A stretch of DNA of 60,841 nt from Dehalococcoidales bacterium. Lineage in GTDB: Bacteria; Chloroflexota; Dehalococcoidia; Dehalococcoidales; RBG-16-60-22. The stretch covers positions 1 to 60,841 of the forward strand of contig JAQTMM010000002.1 of NCBI GenBank assembly GCA_028714335.1. The letters are read 5' to 3'. Of this stretch, positions 18,895 to 28,277 are shown in pieces (the first letter of the stretch is position 1; every line of letters starts with the position of its first letter). Both the position numbers and the translations under genes were made by a program. The notes below the pieces were generated by a model, which was not told where the DNA came from, searched no databases, and worked only from the letters and a program-made list of their open reading frames with translations.

Positions 18895-20772
18895 CTATTT
18901 TTTCGGTGACGACTCCCCATAAATGTCTTTGATAACATTTTCAAGGTCGCCTACTCCCCGCAAAGATTCCAGGGTTGGTTTACCCGTTTCCCAATCCCAA
19001 TCTAGAATTCTGTAGAAATTCTTGCCTAAGCGGTCATTATCAACTGTTACACCGGCAACGGGCCCTTCTTTCTGGGGAGGATTACCTAATGACCTTGGAG
19101 GCATGACAAAGTCAGGCCGCCTTAAACCTTCCCTAATATTAAAAGCCTGTCTCATGGTTAGAATACGCTTACCAACGGCAAAGAGGTGACGGGCCTTAAA
19201 CGGCCAGCCGGTTAATGCCTCCATATAGTCGTTATAAGTACCTTCCGGTATAAAATCTTCGGAGAACAGACAGAAACCAGCGGAATTTAAAACTTCCTTC
19301 TTGAAGGTGTCATATACGTCCATAAAACCGGTCCCGTCGTAGTTGTATTCCTCGCCAGTTTTATTATTTTCTTGTATGTGGCCAAGCCCGCCCTTAACAT
19401 GCCGGGCTGGTGTGGGGTCAAATTGGTAGCTTCGCCCAAAACCGGGGGCAAATCTGGGGTCGTGCATAGGAAACTCAACGCCCCGGACGGTCTGTAAATA
19501 TTCGAAACCCTTGCCCCATTTATTTGCGGCTCCCTGCGAGCCTAAAGCCAGCACAGCGCCGCAGCCATCACCGTCTGCCATTTTCTGTGTGATTTTTACA
19601 ATGGCTTCGCTGTTTCCCCATGTTAACTCAATCCCGTCCAGTTCTTCTTTAGAAAGAATGCCCTCATTGTAGCATTCCATCGCCCATGCCACGGTTGCCC
19701 CGGCTGATATGGTATCCAGGCCCATTCTATTGCAAATATCATTGGTTTTGATTAAAGATTCTGCATCAACGTTCAACAGCATACTGCCGAACGCGGAAGC
19801 TGTTTCGTATTCGGGACGGTCTGTCTTACCAACAGGCCATTTGCCCGTATTTACTTCATACTCGGCGCCGCACCCCAGCGGGCAATTCGAGCAAGCGTAT
19901 TTTCCTATTCTGTATTTATCAAGTCCTTGAGAGCTAATGTTTTGAACATTAACTTCGTCATAGTCTATTATGCCGACCCCTCCCCAGTTTTTAACCGGAG
20001 AATTTCCATCCATGGCGGAAATAGTTGTGCCGACTCCCGTGCCAAATCCCCCGAGCATGGTAACGCCTTCTTTCTGCTCGTTTTTCATGTAACTGCTTAC
20101 CCTGCGGTTGATTTCTTGTAGTTTTTCCGGGTTGGCTACAGGTATTTCGGCTTCTCCCCTAACCACGATTGCTTTTAATTTTTTAGAACCCATGACAGCG
20201 CCTCCACCACCCCTCGCCGGCGCGCGATGGCCCTCATTAATCGGGCAGGATATCAAGGACATTTTCTCGCCTGCAGGCCCGATTATTGAAGCCCGGATTT
20301 TAGTATCTCCGTATTCCTCAATCAGGGCAGTTAACGTGTCTTTAGTATCTTTTCCCCACAAATGACTGGCGTCTTTAATCTCGGCTTTGCCATCCTTAAT
20401 CCAGAGATAAACCGGGCTTTTAGATATTCCAGTTACAAAAACTGCATCATAGCCTGCTTTCTTCAGTTCCTTGCCAAAGTAACCCCCGGAATTGGCGTCA
20501 TTCCACCCACCGGTAACCGGAGATTTGCAGACTAAAGTATAACGGGAACCAAAGAAAGCTCCTGACCCTGTCGCCGGCCCCGTAATGAATCCCAGGATAT
20601 TTTCCGGGCCGAGGGGATCGGCTCCCGGTTTCATCATGTCATATAGCAATTTTACGCCTATTCCATAGCCCCCGATGTAGTTCATAGCTAAATCATCGGA
20701 AATCGCTTTCTCTTCTATCTTTTTATTGGTTAGATTTACAAACAGCATTTTCCCCACGTAACCTTTAGCCAT
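18895..20772 (-). CDS. Aldehyde:ferredoxin oxidoreductase (tungstopterin AOR family)
   Basis: 625 aa with the AOR N-terminal segment GKMLFVNLT...YIGGYGIG. The FeS ligand motif CSNCPLGCG is present, and both the AOR_N and AOR_C regions are recognisable. Confidence 0.9.
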   Translation of the reverse strand: MAKGYVGKMLFVNLTNKKIEEKAISDDLAMNYIGGYGIGVKLLYDMMKPGADPLGPENILGFITGPATGSGAFFGSRYTLVCKSPVTGGWNDANSGGYFGKELKKAGYDAVFVTGISKSPVYLWIKDGKAEIKDASHLWGKDTKDTLTALIEEYGDTKIRASIIGPAGEKMSLISCPINEGHRAPARGGGGAVMGSKKLKAIVVRGEAEIPVANPEKLQEINRRVSSYMKNEQKEGVTMLGGFGTGVGTTISAMDGNSPVKNWGGVGIIDYDEVNVQNISSQGLDKYRIGKYACSNCPLGCGAEYEVNTGKWPVGKTDRPEYETASAFGSMLLNVDAESLIKTNDICNRMGLDTISAGATVAWAMECYNEGILSKEELDGIELTWGNSEAIVKITQKMADGDGCGAVLALGSQGAANKWGKGFEYLQTVRGVEFPMHDPRFAPGFGRSYQFDPTPARHVKGGLGHIQENNKTGEEYNYDGTGFMDVYDTFKKEVLNSAGFCLFSEDFIPEGTYNDYMEALTGWPFKARHLFAVGKRILTMRQAFNIREGLRRPDFVMPPRSLGNPPQKEGPVAGVTVDNDRLGKNFYRILDWDWETGKPTLESLRGVGDLENVIKDIYGESSPKK

Positions 20773-20911
20773 ATTTTCTCCTTATCTGTTTATTCTCGTT
20801 ATTTTATCATATTAAGCTAAACAATTTATACTTTATCCCTAACGGTTTGATGCTTCTTCCTAATTGAGTTATAGTTATTCCAGAAATATTACCTCAAAGA
20901 AAAGAGGCTAC

Positions 20912-22309
20912 ATGGAAACGTTAAGAATTGGATTCGTTCCCGCCCACCGCGAACCCTTCGGGGAGGACTGGGCAGTCAAAATGCGCCGCCGCTGCCTAGA
21001 CGCTTTAGCCTCCCACCCCCTCCTTGAAATCGTCGTGCCTGATGAAAAACTCACCCGAGGCGGCTGCGTCCGCGACGACGCCGAAGCGGAAAAGGTCATC
21101 GCTTTATTTCAGGAAAAGAAAATCAACGGTTTGATTATCGGCACTGTTACCTTCGGCGATGAAGTCGCCGCACTTACCGTAGCCTCGGCTTTTCGTGATA
21201 AACCTATTCTCCTATTTGGCACAAAGGAAGGTCCCTTCACTAAAGACGGTAACCGCCTCTCCGATTCGTTTTGCGGCACGCTTTCCATATCTTCCGGCTT
21301 ACACCGCCGCAAGATTCCCTTCCTCTTTGGCGGCATCGTCTTTCCGGAAGAAAAAACCTTTAAAAACACCATCGCCGATTTTGCCCGCGTCTGCGCTATT
21401 TCTCGCGGTTTTATCGGGGCGAATATAGGCTTGGTCGGCCCACGCCCAGAACGCTTTGAGACCTGCATCTTCAGCGAAGACCAATTGATGCGTAAGTTCA
21501 ATCAAAGGGTCATCCCCATTGACCTCGCCGACATTATGAGTATCGCTGCGGCGCAGAAGAACTCTGCAGCAGTGAAAAAACTCGTCGAAAAAACCAAAAA
21601 GCAGACTAAAACGTCCGGCGTCGAAGCCGCTACCCTGCAAAACATCGCCGGGCTGGAATACGCTTTAGAGAAGTTTGCCGCTGGTAAAAACCTTGCCGCT
21701 ATGGGCGTGCAATGCTGGACGGCCATGCAGAGCGTTTACGGCATCTCGCCCTGCTACGCCATGGGCTGTATGACCGATAAAGGCGTGATGACCGCCTGCG
21801 AGGTTGATATTTACGGCGCTTTAACGATGCTCCTCCAATACCTGGCGGCTCTGGGCAAGACCGTCCCGCACTTTATTGACTGGACGATAAAGCACCAGGA
21901 AAAGGAAAATGTATTCCTCGCCTGGCATTGCGGTAACGGCCCGCCCTCTTTAACCTGTAAAGGAGGCGATATAGAGCTTAAATATCACAGCATTTTAGGC
22001 ACGTCTCTTGGTTTGGACCGCTCTAAAGGCACCGGCGAATTTCAGCTCGCCCCCGGCGCGGTGACACTTTCACGTCTGCAGGAGCACGACGGCGAATTCA
22101 AGCTGCTGGTGGCTAAAGGGAAAATCGTTGCCTCCAATCAAAAGCTGCGCGGTTCCTGGAGCTGGGTTGAAGTGCCTGACCTCGATAAACTCTATTCCAC
22201 CCTCGTTAAAGAGGGCTTTACCCACCACGCCTCCTTAATTCACGGCGATTTTTCCAACGCTTTAATAAGCGCCTGCGACTTGCTGGGTATCAAAGTTGTT
22301 GTAGTATAA
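20912..22309 (+). CDS. L-fucose/L-arabinose isomerase family protein
   Basis: The ORF track starts at a TTG at 20864. An ATG at 20912 is preceded by AAGAGG 6 nt upstream, so I prefer that start. The fold looks fucose-isomerase-like (RIGFVPAHREPF..., C-terminal FTHHASLIHGD). Confidence 0.7.
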   Translation: METLRIGFVPAHREPFGEDWAVKMRRRCLDALASHPLLEIVVPDEKLTRGGCVRDDAEAEKVIALFQEKKINGLIIGTVTFGDEVAALTVASAFRDKPILLFGTKEGPFTKDGNRLSDSFCGTLSISSGLHRRKIPFLFGGIVFPEEKTFKNTIADFARVCAISRGFIGANIGLVGPRPERFETCIFSEDQLMRKFNQRVIPIDLADIMSIAAAQKNSAAVKKLVEKTKKQTKTSGVEAATLQNIAGLEYALEKFAAGKNLAAMGVQCWTAMQSVYGISPCYAMGCMTDKGVMTACEVDIYGALTMLLQYLAALGKTVPHFIDWTIKHQEKENVFLAWHCGNGPPSLTCKGGDIELKYHSILGTSLGLDRSKGTGEFQLAPGAVTLSRLQEHDGEFKLLVAKGKIVASNQKLRGSWSWVEVPDLDKLYSTLVKEGFTHHASLIHGDFSNALISACDLLGIKVVVV

Positions 22310-22327
22310 GTTCAAGAAAGGGGAAAT

Positions 22328-23185
22328 ATGTTTAAGTTCGGCGTTGATTCGCTTATCTGGACGGAAGAGTTCACAGAAAAAGACCTGCCGCTGATTGAGA
22401 AGGCTAAATCTTTAGGCTTTGAAGTCATCGACATTAACGTTAGCCACCCCGAGCGCTTTCCCGTCAAGGCTGTTAAAGAAAAAATCAAAGAGGTCGGCAT
22501 TGAGGCGGTCACAACCATCGGTCTCCCCGCCGATTCCAACCCCATCAGCCCTAAGCCGGAAGTCCGGCGCCACGCTTTAGAGACGCTTAAACTAATGGTT
22601 GATATCAACAACGAAATCGGCTCTAAGATTCTGGGCGGTGTTTTATATTCGGCGTGGGGCTATCTTTCCGGCAAGTGCCGCACCGACGAGGAATGGGCAT
22701 GGTCAGTGGCGGCTATGCGTGAGGTTTGCAACTACGCTAAAAACAAAAGCAACTTGATTTTAGCCATCGAGCCGGTCAACCGTTTCGAGACCCACTTTAT
22801 CAACATCGCCGAAGACGCGGTGAGGTACTGTAAAGAGGTGGGGACGGGTAACCTAAAAGTCCACCTCGACGCTTTCCACATGATACGTGAGGAGACAAGC
22901 TACCGCGAGGCTGTTTTAACCTGCGGCAAGGAATATCTGGGCTACATTCACGTCTGCGAGAATAACCGCGGCATACCCGGCACCGGTATGGTGCCCTGGC
23001 AGGAGTTTTTCACCGCCGTCAAAGAGATAGGCTATGACGGCCCCCTCACCATCGAGTCCTTCGACCCCAATTTTGAAGAGCTTAACCGCCTCTGCGCCAT
23101 CTGGAGAAAATTCGCCGACTCCGGCGAGGAGCTGGCGGTAAAGGGGCTGGCGAACCTTAAAAAAATCGAGGCAGCATTAAAGTAA
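22328..23185 (+). CDS. Xylose-isomerase-like TIM barrel sugar epimerase (D-tagatose/D-psicose 3-epimerase-like)
   Basis: 285 aa with a metal-ligand pattern typical of the family: LAIEPVNRFE, HLDAFHM and IHVCENNRG. Confidence 0.75.
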   Translation: MFKFGVDSLIWTEEFTEKDLPLIEKAKSLGFEVIDINVSHPERFPVKAVKEKIKEVGIEAVTTIGLPADSNPISPKPEVRRHALETLKLMVDINNEIGSKILGGVLYSAWGYLSGKCRTDEEWAWSVAAMREVCNYAKNKSNLILAIEPVNRFETHFINIAEDAVRYCKEVGTGNLKVHLDAFHMIREETSYREAVLTCGKEYLGYIHVCENNRGIPGTGMVPWQEFFTAVKEIGYDGPLTIESFDPNFEELNRLCAIWRKFADSGEELAVKGLANLKKIEAALK

Positions 23186-23198
23186 GGTTGAGGCTGAT

Positions 23199-23966
23199 AT
23201 GAGTATAGACAAATTATTCGAGATTAAAGGCCGCAGGGCTTTAGTGACGGGGGCGGGGCGGGGCATCGGTAAAGTACTGGCGCTTACTTTAGCCGAAGCC
23301 GGATGCGACGTCGCTTTATTCGGCTTGCACTCCAATTATCTGGAAGATGTTGCTGAACAGGCCAATAAATTCGGTGTTCGTACCCTCATTCTGGAGGGCG
23401 ATGTTTCCAAAAAAGCCGACGTGCAAAAGGCTTTTCAAGCTATTGCCAAAGACTTCGGACGGCTCGACATTTGCGTCAATAACGCCGGTATCAGCATGCA
23501 GGTGCCAGTCGAAGATATGGCGGAAGCGGACTGGGACCGCCTTCTGGACGTTAACATGAAGGGGGTGTTTCTCTGTTCACAGGAAGCCGCCAAACTCATG
23601 AAACCGCAAAAAAACGGCAGCATTATCAACATCGGCTCAATATCCGCCCGTACCGTTAATGTCCCCCAGAAGCAGGCCGTCTATAACACCACTAAAGCCG
23701 GCGTAGTCATGTTGACACAAACCATGGCCGTGGAATGGGCGCCCTATGGCATCCGTGTGAACTCCATTAGTCCCGGCTATATGAAAACTGAAATGGTGCT
23801 CTCTTCCATGTCGAAGCTATTCCCGGAATGGGAATCGTTGACGCCGCTTAACCGCCTGGGCGAACCGGAAGAACTGCGTGGCGCTTTACTTTATCTGGCA
23901 TCGGATGCTTCAAGCTACGTCATCGGCCACGACTTAGTAGTAGATGGCGGCTACACAATCCGCTAG
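23199..23966 (+). CDS. SDR family oxidoreductase
   Basis: 255 aa with TGAGRGIG cofactor motif, NNAG, and the catalytic YNTTK. Confidence 0.85.
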   Translation: MSIDKLFEIKGRRALVTGAGRGIGKVLALTLAEAGCDVALFGLHSNYLEDVAEQANKFGVRTLILEGDVSKKADVQKAFQAIAKDFGRLDICVNNAGISMQVPVEDMAEADWDRLLDVNMKGVFLCSQEAAKLMKPQKNGSIINIGSISARTVNVPQKQAVYNTTKAGVVMLTQTMAVEWAPYGIRVNSISPGYMKTEMVLSSMSKLFPEWESLTPLNRLGEPEELRGALLYLASDASSYVIGHDLVVDGGYTIR

Positions 23967-24995
23967 CTACATCTCGATGATTGTCTTCACCGAGCGTGGC
24001 TCCGGATTAGCCGCGTAATCGTACGCTTTAATGGCGTCGACGAACTTATATTTGTCAGTAACCAATGGTTTGACGTTTATCTTACCCGAACCCAATAGCG
24101 CCACCGCCCGCGGGTAGATATTGGCGTACCTAAAGACCGATTCCATTCTGGCTTCTTTAGCCTGCGCCGCCACGATATCCACCGGCACCGGTTCAACCGG
24201 CATTCCAATAAACACTACCTTGCCACCCGGGCACAACGGCTCGAAGATATTGGCAATGGCTTTTTCGTTGCCACTGGCTTCAAAGATAATATCGGTGCCC
24301 CATCCCCCGGTTTCATTTTTCACTACATCCACCAGATTTTGTGTCGTTATATTAACTGGAACCATACCGTACGCAGCCGCTATATCCAGTTTTGGTTGAA
24401 TGACGTCAGAAATAATAACCTTGCTGCAACCACCCGCTAAAGCAGCTAAGCCCGTCACCAGCCCGATTGTTCCGCAGCCCGTTACTAGAGCCACGTCTCC
24501 TGGTTTGACGTTAGCTTTTTTCACTGCTTGCAACCCCACCGAAAGAGGCTCGACCAGAGCCCCCTCTGCGTAACTCACGTTGTCCGGCAGCTTGAAACAG
24601 AACATCGCCGGGTGCACCACCGTTTCCCGCAAACATCCGTGAATTGGCGGCGTCGCCCAGAAAACTACGTCGGGGTCAAGGTTGTATATTCCCTCCATCG
24701 TCGCCCGGCTGTGCAGGTCGGGTATCCCCGGCTCCATGCAAACCCGGTCGCCGGCTTTAAGCGACTTTACGTTTTCCCCCACTTCAATCACCGTGCCAGA
24801 GGCTTCGTGTCCCAGCACCATCGGCTCCTTAACGATGAAGTTACCTATCTTCCCATGAGTGTAATAATGCACGTCGCTGCCGCAAATGCCTACGGTGTGT
24901 ATCTTTATGCGTACATCGTCCGCGCCCAGCGTTTCGTTAAAATCCATATCCAAAATGGCGAGCTTGCCCTTTTCTTTTAAAACCATCGCTTTCAT
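23967..24995 (-). CDS. Zn-dependent alcohol/polyol dehydrogenase (sorbitol/L-iditol dehydrogenase-like)
   Basis: 342 aa with [16 protein letters not shown] and a Rossmann motif GCGTIG. Its stop codon directly abuts the SDR stop codon in a convergent arrangement. Confidence 0.85.
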   Translation of the reverse strand: MKAMVLKEKGKLAILDMDFNETLGADDVRIKIHTVGICGSDVHYYTHGKIGNFIVKEPMVLGHEASGTVIEVGENVKSLKAGDRVCMEPGIPDLHSRATMEGIYNLDPDVVFWATPPIHGCLRETVVHPAMFCFKLPDNVSYAEGALVEPLSVGLQAVKKANVKPGDVALVTGCGTIGLVTGLAALAGGCSKVIISDVIQPKLDIAAAYGMVPVNITTQNLVDVVKNETGGWGTDIIFEASGNEKAIANIFEPLCPGGKVVFIGMPVEPVPVDIVAAQAKEARMESVFRYANIYPRAVALLGSGKINVKPLVTDKYKFVDAIKAYDYAANPEPRSVKTIIEM

Positions 24996-25055
24996 AACAC
25001 TCCTTTACGGGACCGTATTTCCTACAACTGCATTTTTTAACATTACTTTCATATA

Positions 25056-25073
25056 TGTTATTATACAATAACA
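25056..25073. promoter_or_regulatory. Candidate operator palindrome upstream of esterase copy 2
   Basis: Perfect 7-4-7 inverted repeat TGTTATT-ATAC-AATAACA, 37 nt upstream of the ATG at 25110. Confidence 0.3.
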
Positions 25074-25109
25074 CACCGGATATCACTCAAACTTAAAGAG
25101 GAGTTTTTT

Positions 25110-26621
25110 ATGCTACGCATCACGAAAACGGAAAACGGCACGGTTCGCGGAATTGGGGCGGCTGACCCGAGGATTACGGTTTTTAAAGGCGTGCCTTTTG
25201 CCGCGCCGCCTGTACGCGAATTACGCTGGCGGGCACCGCAACCGGCTAGCAACTGGAAAGGTGTGCGTGACTGCCTTGAATATATGCCCATAGCCATGCA
25301 GCGTATCCCGGGCGAAGACCCGCAGGCTTTTTATGCAAAAGAATGGCATGTGGAACCGGAAGTGCCAATGGATGAAGACTGCCTGTACCTGAATATCTGG
25401 ACGTTAGCTAAAACCGGCAAAGAAAAAATGCCGGTGATGGTCTGGATATACGGCGGCGGGTTAATGGAAGGTTATCCTTATGAAATGGAATTTGACGGCG
25501 AGCGTATTGCGCGGCGCGGCGTTATTTTAGTTTCCGTTAATTATCGACTCAATGTCTTCGGGTTTTTAACACACCCTGAAATAATCAAGTCGTCTCCGGA
25601 TGGGTTCACGGCAAATTGGGGCTACCTTGACCAAAAAGCCGGCATAGACTGGGTGCGGCGGAATATCAGCAGCTTTGGCGGCGACCCGGATAATATCACC
25701 ATTTTCGGGCAGTCGGCGGGCGGCGGCAGCGTCCTAGCACATATCAATTCTCCGCTGGCAAAAGGCGCTTTCGCCAAAGCCATCGTGCAGTCCGGAGGCG
25801 GTATTGATGTTAAAGGGCCTGCCTTTGAGTTGATGCCCTTCCTCAACCGTGAACAGCTGGCTAAACAGGGCGAAGCTTTCTTTAGCTTTATCGGTGCTAA
25901 AAATCTCGCTGAAGCTAGGAAGATTGATAGTAAAATATTAATGGCTAAACATATCGAATTCGGTAAATACTGGAACTCCACGATAGACGGTAAATACGTC
26001 GTTGAAGATGCTTGCGCTAGTATTATGGCTGGTCATCAGCACTCTATTCCCCTCATGACCGGCTCAACGCTTGACGAATCCCTTTTCGGTCCGCCGGACG
26101 ACAATATAGAAGGTTGGGCGAAAACAGCTATCCCAGACATCGCTGAAGAATACTGTAAGCTGGCGAAAGAAAAAGCCTCGGCTAAAAATATCATCCTAAA
26201 ACAGGCGGCTTCAGTCAATTTCTTCGAACTGTCCGCCAGCTTGTTCTGTGATTTTGTGGCCAACCAGGGTAAACCTAATATCTACAACTACCGCTTTGGA
26301 CCGGAAATCCCCGGCGACGATGTTGGAGCTTTTCATTCCTCCGACCTTTGGTTTGAGTTCGAAACGCTGGCAAAATGCTGGCGCCCTTTTACCGGCAAGC
26401 ATTACGATTTGGCGCGCCAGATGTGCAACTACTGGACCAACTTTGCTAAAAATGGCGACCCTAATGGGCATGACGCTGACGGCACTCCGATGCCGGTATG
26501 GACGCCCTACACCGTTAACTCACCATTAGCTATGGAGTTTTTTGATAAACCCGGCATGGAAAAAGCCCAGAACCGGATGAAAAAGCTGTTGATTGAGTAT
26601 AATAAAAAACTGTTGAAATAA
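25110..26621 (+). CDS. Type-B carboxylesterase, copy 2
   Basis: 503 aa with FKGVPFAAPPVRELRW, WIYGGG and the nucleophile elbow FGQSAGG. Confidence 0.85.
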   Translation: MLRITKTENGTVRGIGAADPRITVFKGVPFAAPPVRELRWRAPQPASNWKGVRDCLEYMPIAMQRIPGEDPQAFYAKEWHVEPEVPMDEDCLYLNIWTLAKTGKEKMPVMVWIYGGGLMEGYPYEMEFDGERIARRGVILVSVNYRLNVFGFLTHPEIIKSSPDGFTANWGYLDQKAGIDWVRRNISSFGGDPDNITIFGQSAGGGSVLAHINSPLAKGAFAKAIVQSGGGIDVKGPAFELMPFLNREQLAKQGEAFFSFIGAKNLAEARKIDSKILMAKHIEFGKYWNSTIDGKYVVEDACASIMAGHQHSIPLMTGSTLDESLFGPPDDNIEGWAKTAIPDIAEEYCKLAKEKASAKNIILKQAASVNFFELSASLFCDFVANQGKPNIYNYRFGPEIPGDDVGAFHSSDLWFEFETLAKCWRPFTGKHYDLARQMCNYWTNFAKNGDPNGHDADGTPMPVWTPYTVNSPLAMEFFDKPGMEKAQNRMKKLLIEYNKKLLK

Positions 26622-26683
26622 CACTGTTAATAGCAGCAACGGTAAAGATCGTTAGTTTAGAGGTTTAGCCGCTGTTTTACTGG

Positions 26684-27511
26684 TTATTCCTTATCGGGCG
26701 CCGCTTTTTTTACAAACAACCGCGAAACCCCGAAGGCTAACGCCAACACCACCCCACCCAGCAGAATTATCGTTGCGCCTGAGGGCAGATTAAGCTCGTA
26801 AGAAATCCACAGCCCGCCCAACGTAAACAAGAATCCAAAGATGACCGAGAGTATCATCATCTTTTTCATGTCATACGTGAACAGCCGCGCCATTGCCGCC
26901 GGGAAGGTCAACAGTGCTATCACCAGTATCATCCCCACCACTCGTATCAGCACCACCACCGTCAGCGCAATCATTGCCAGCAGCAGGAAGTAAAGTATAT
27001 CCACCGGCATCCCAATGGCTGTGGCATATTCTTCATCGAAAGACAAAATCAAGTATTCCTTGAAGAAAATCGTTACGATGCTGATGATTACCAAGTCCAG
27101 CCCTAACATCAGGTAAATGTCGGTCATCGGGACGGTTAAAATATTCCCGAAGAGGTAACTCATCAAGTCCGGTGCGTAGCCGGGCGTCAAATAAATGAAG
27201 ATAATCCCCACCGCCATACCCACCGCCCACAGTATCCCGATGGCAGTATCGGCGGACAAACGCGTCTTGCGCGTTATGCCCCCTATCGCCAGCCCCGAAG
27301 CCAACGAGAACACCAGCGCCCCAATGATTGGGTTGATACCGAGGTAATACCCAATCCCGATGCCCCCGAATGAGGCGTGCGCAATACCTCCGCTGATGAA
27401 GACTATCCTCTTCACCACCACGTAAACTCCCACGATGCCGCAGGCAACCGCCGCCAGCAGTCCTGCCATCAGGGCGTTGCGCATAAATTCGAATTGTAGT
27501 GCTTCAATCAT
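26684..27511 (-). CDS. Metal (Zn/Mn) ABC transporter permease
   Basis: ZnuB/MntB-like polytopic protein. The ORF-track start at 27574 overlaps the upstream ATPase. An internal ATG at 27511 (MIEALQFEF) lies right after the ATPase stop codon, so I prefer it. Confidence 0.85.
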   Translation of the reverse strand: MIEALQFEFMRNALMAGLLAAVACGIVGVYVVVKRIVFISGGIAHASFGGIGIGYYLGINPIIGALVFSLASGLAIGGITRKTRLSADTAIGILWAVGMAVGIIFIYLTPGYAPDLMSYLFGNILTVPMTDIYLMLGLDLVIISIVTIFFKEYLILSFDEEYATAIGMPVDILYFLLLAMIALTVVVLIRVVGMILVIALLTFPAAMARLFTYDMKKMMILSVIFGFLFTLGGLWISYELNLPSGATIILLGGVVLALAFGVSRLFVKKAAPDKE

Positions 27512-27513
27512 AA

Positions 27514-28275
27514 TTAGTGTTCTTTTAAAACGCGGTGCGGCACCGGCCCGTGCGTGATTAGCTGCACCGGGCACTTGTAAGTTGCTTCCAGCACCTCCGC
27601 TGTGATTTCCCGGGAGCCGTGGTAATAAAGCTGCCGGTTCAGGCAGGCGATTTTATCTACGTAGATGGACACCGCACCGATGTCGTGCGATACCATGATA
27701 ATCGTTAAATTCCTTTTCAATTCGCCGAGTAGTTCGTAAAACTCCGCCTGCAGGGTCGAATCTATGCTGGCGGTCGGTTCGTCTAAAAGCAGCAGCTCCG
27801 GCTCGGAGACCAGCGCCCGCGCCACGAATACGCGCTGCTGCTGCCCCCCCGATAATCTGCCTATCTGTTTGTCCTTGTATTTAAACATATCCACGCGCTT
27901 TAACGCCCGTTCCACCGCCGCTTTGTCCTCGTGGCTGTACCGCCGCATGATGCCCGCTTTGCCGTAACGCCCCATCATCGCCACATCCCAGATGCTTACA
28001 GGGTAATTGTTGTCGAAGACCGGCCGCTGTGAAACATACCCGATGCGGCTCCGCGCCTGTTCCGGGTTTTTCCCGAACACAGATACGGTGCCGGAATCCG
28101 GTTTTACCAGTCCCAGCAGCACCTTTAAAAGCGTGCTTTTACCCCCGCCGTTCGGCCCGATTATCCCCAGAAAGTCGTGTCGGAAGATGGATATAGTGAC
28201 GTCTTCCAGCGCCGGCACGCCCCCATAGCTTACCCGTATGTTTTGCAGTTTTACTATTTCGTTTTCGTTTTTCAT
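27514..28275 (-). CDS. Metal ABC transporter ATP-binding protein
   Basis: 253 aa with Walker A GPNGGGKST, ABC signature LSGGQQQR and Walker B LLLLDEP. Confidence 0.9.
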   Translation of the reverse strand: MKNENEIVKLQNIRVSYGGVPALEDVTISIFRHDFLGIIGPNGGGKSTLLKVLLGLVKPDSGTVSVFGKNPEQARSRIGYVSQRPVFDNNYPVSIWDVAMMGRYGKAGIMRRYSHEDKAAVERALKRVDMFKYKDKQIGRLSGGQQQRVFVARALVSEPELLLLDEPTASIDSTLQAEFYELLGELKRNLTIIMVSHDIGAVSIYVDKIACLNRQLYYHGSREITAEVLEATYKCPVQLITHGPVPHRVLKEH

Positions 28276-28277
28276 CT

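Noticed and set aside
20864-20911. TTG-initiated 16-codon extension of the fucose-isomerase-like gene
   Set aside because: The ATG at 20912 has a good AAGAGG ribosome-binding site, and the extension adds no conserved sequence.
27512-27574. 21-codon N-terminal extension of the ABC permease
   Set aside because: It overlaps the 3' end of the ATPase gene. The internal ATG at 27511 gives the usual tight operon junction.
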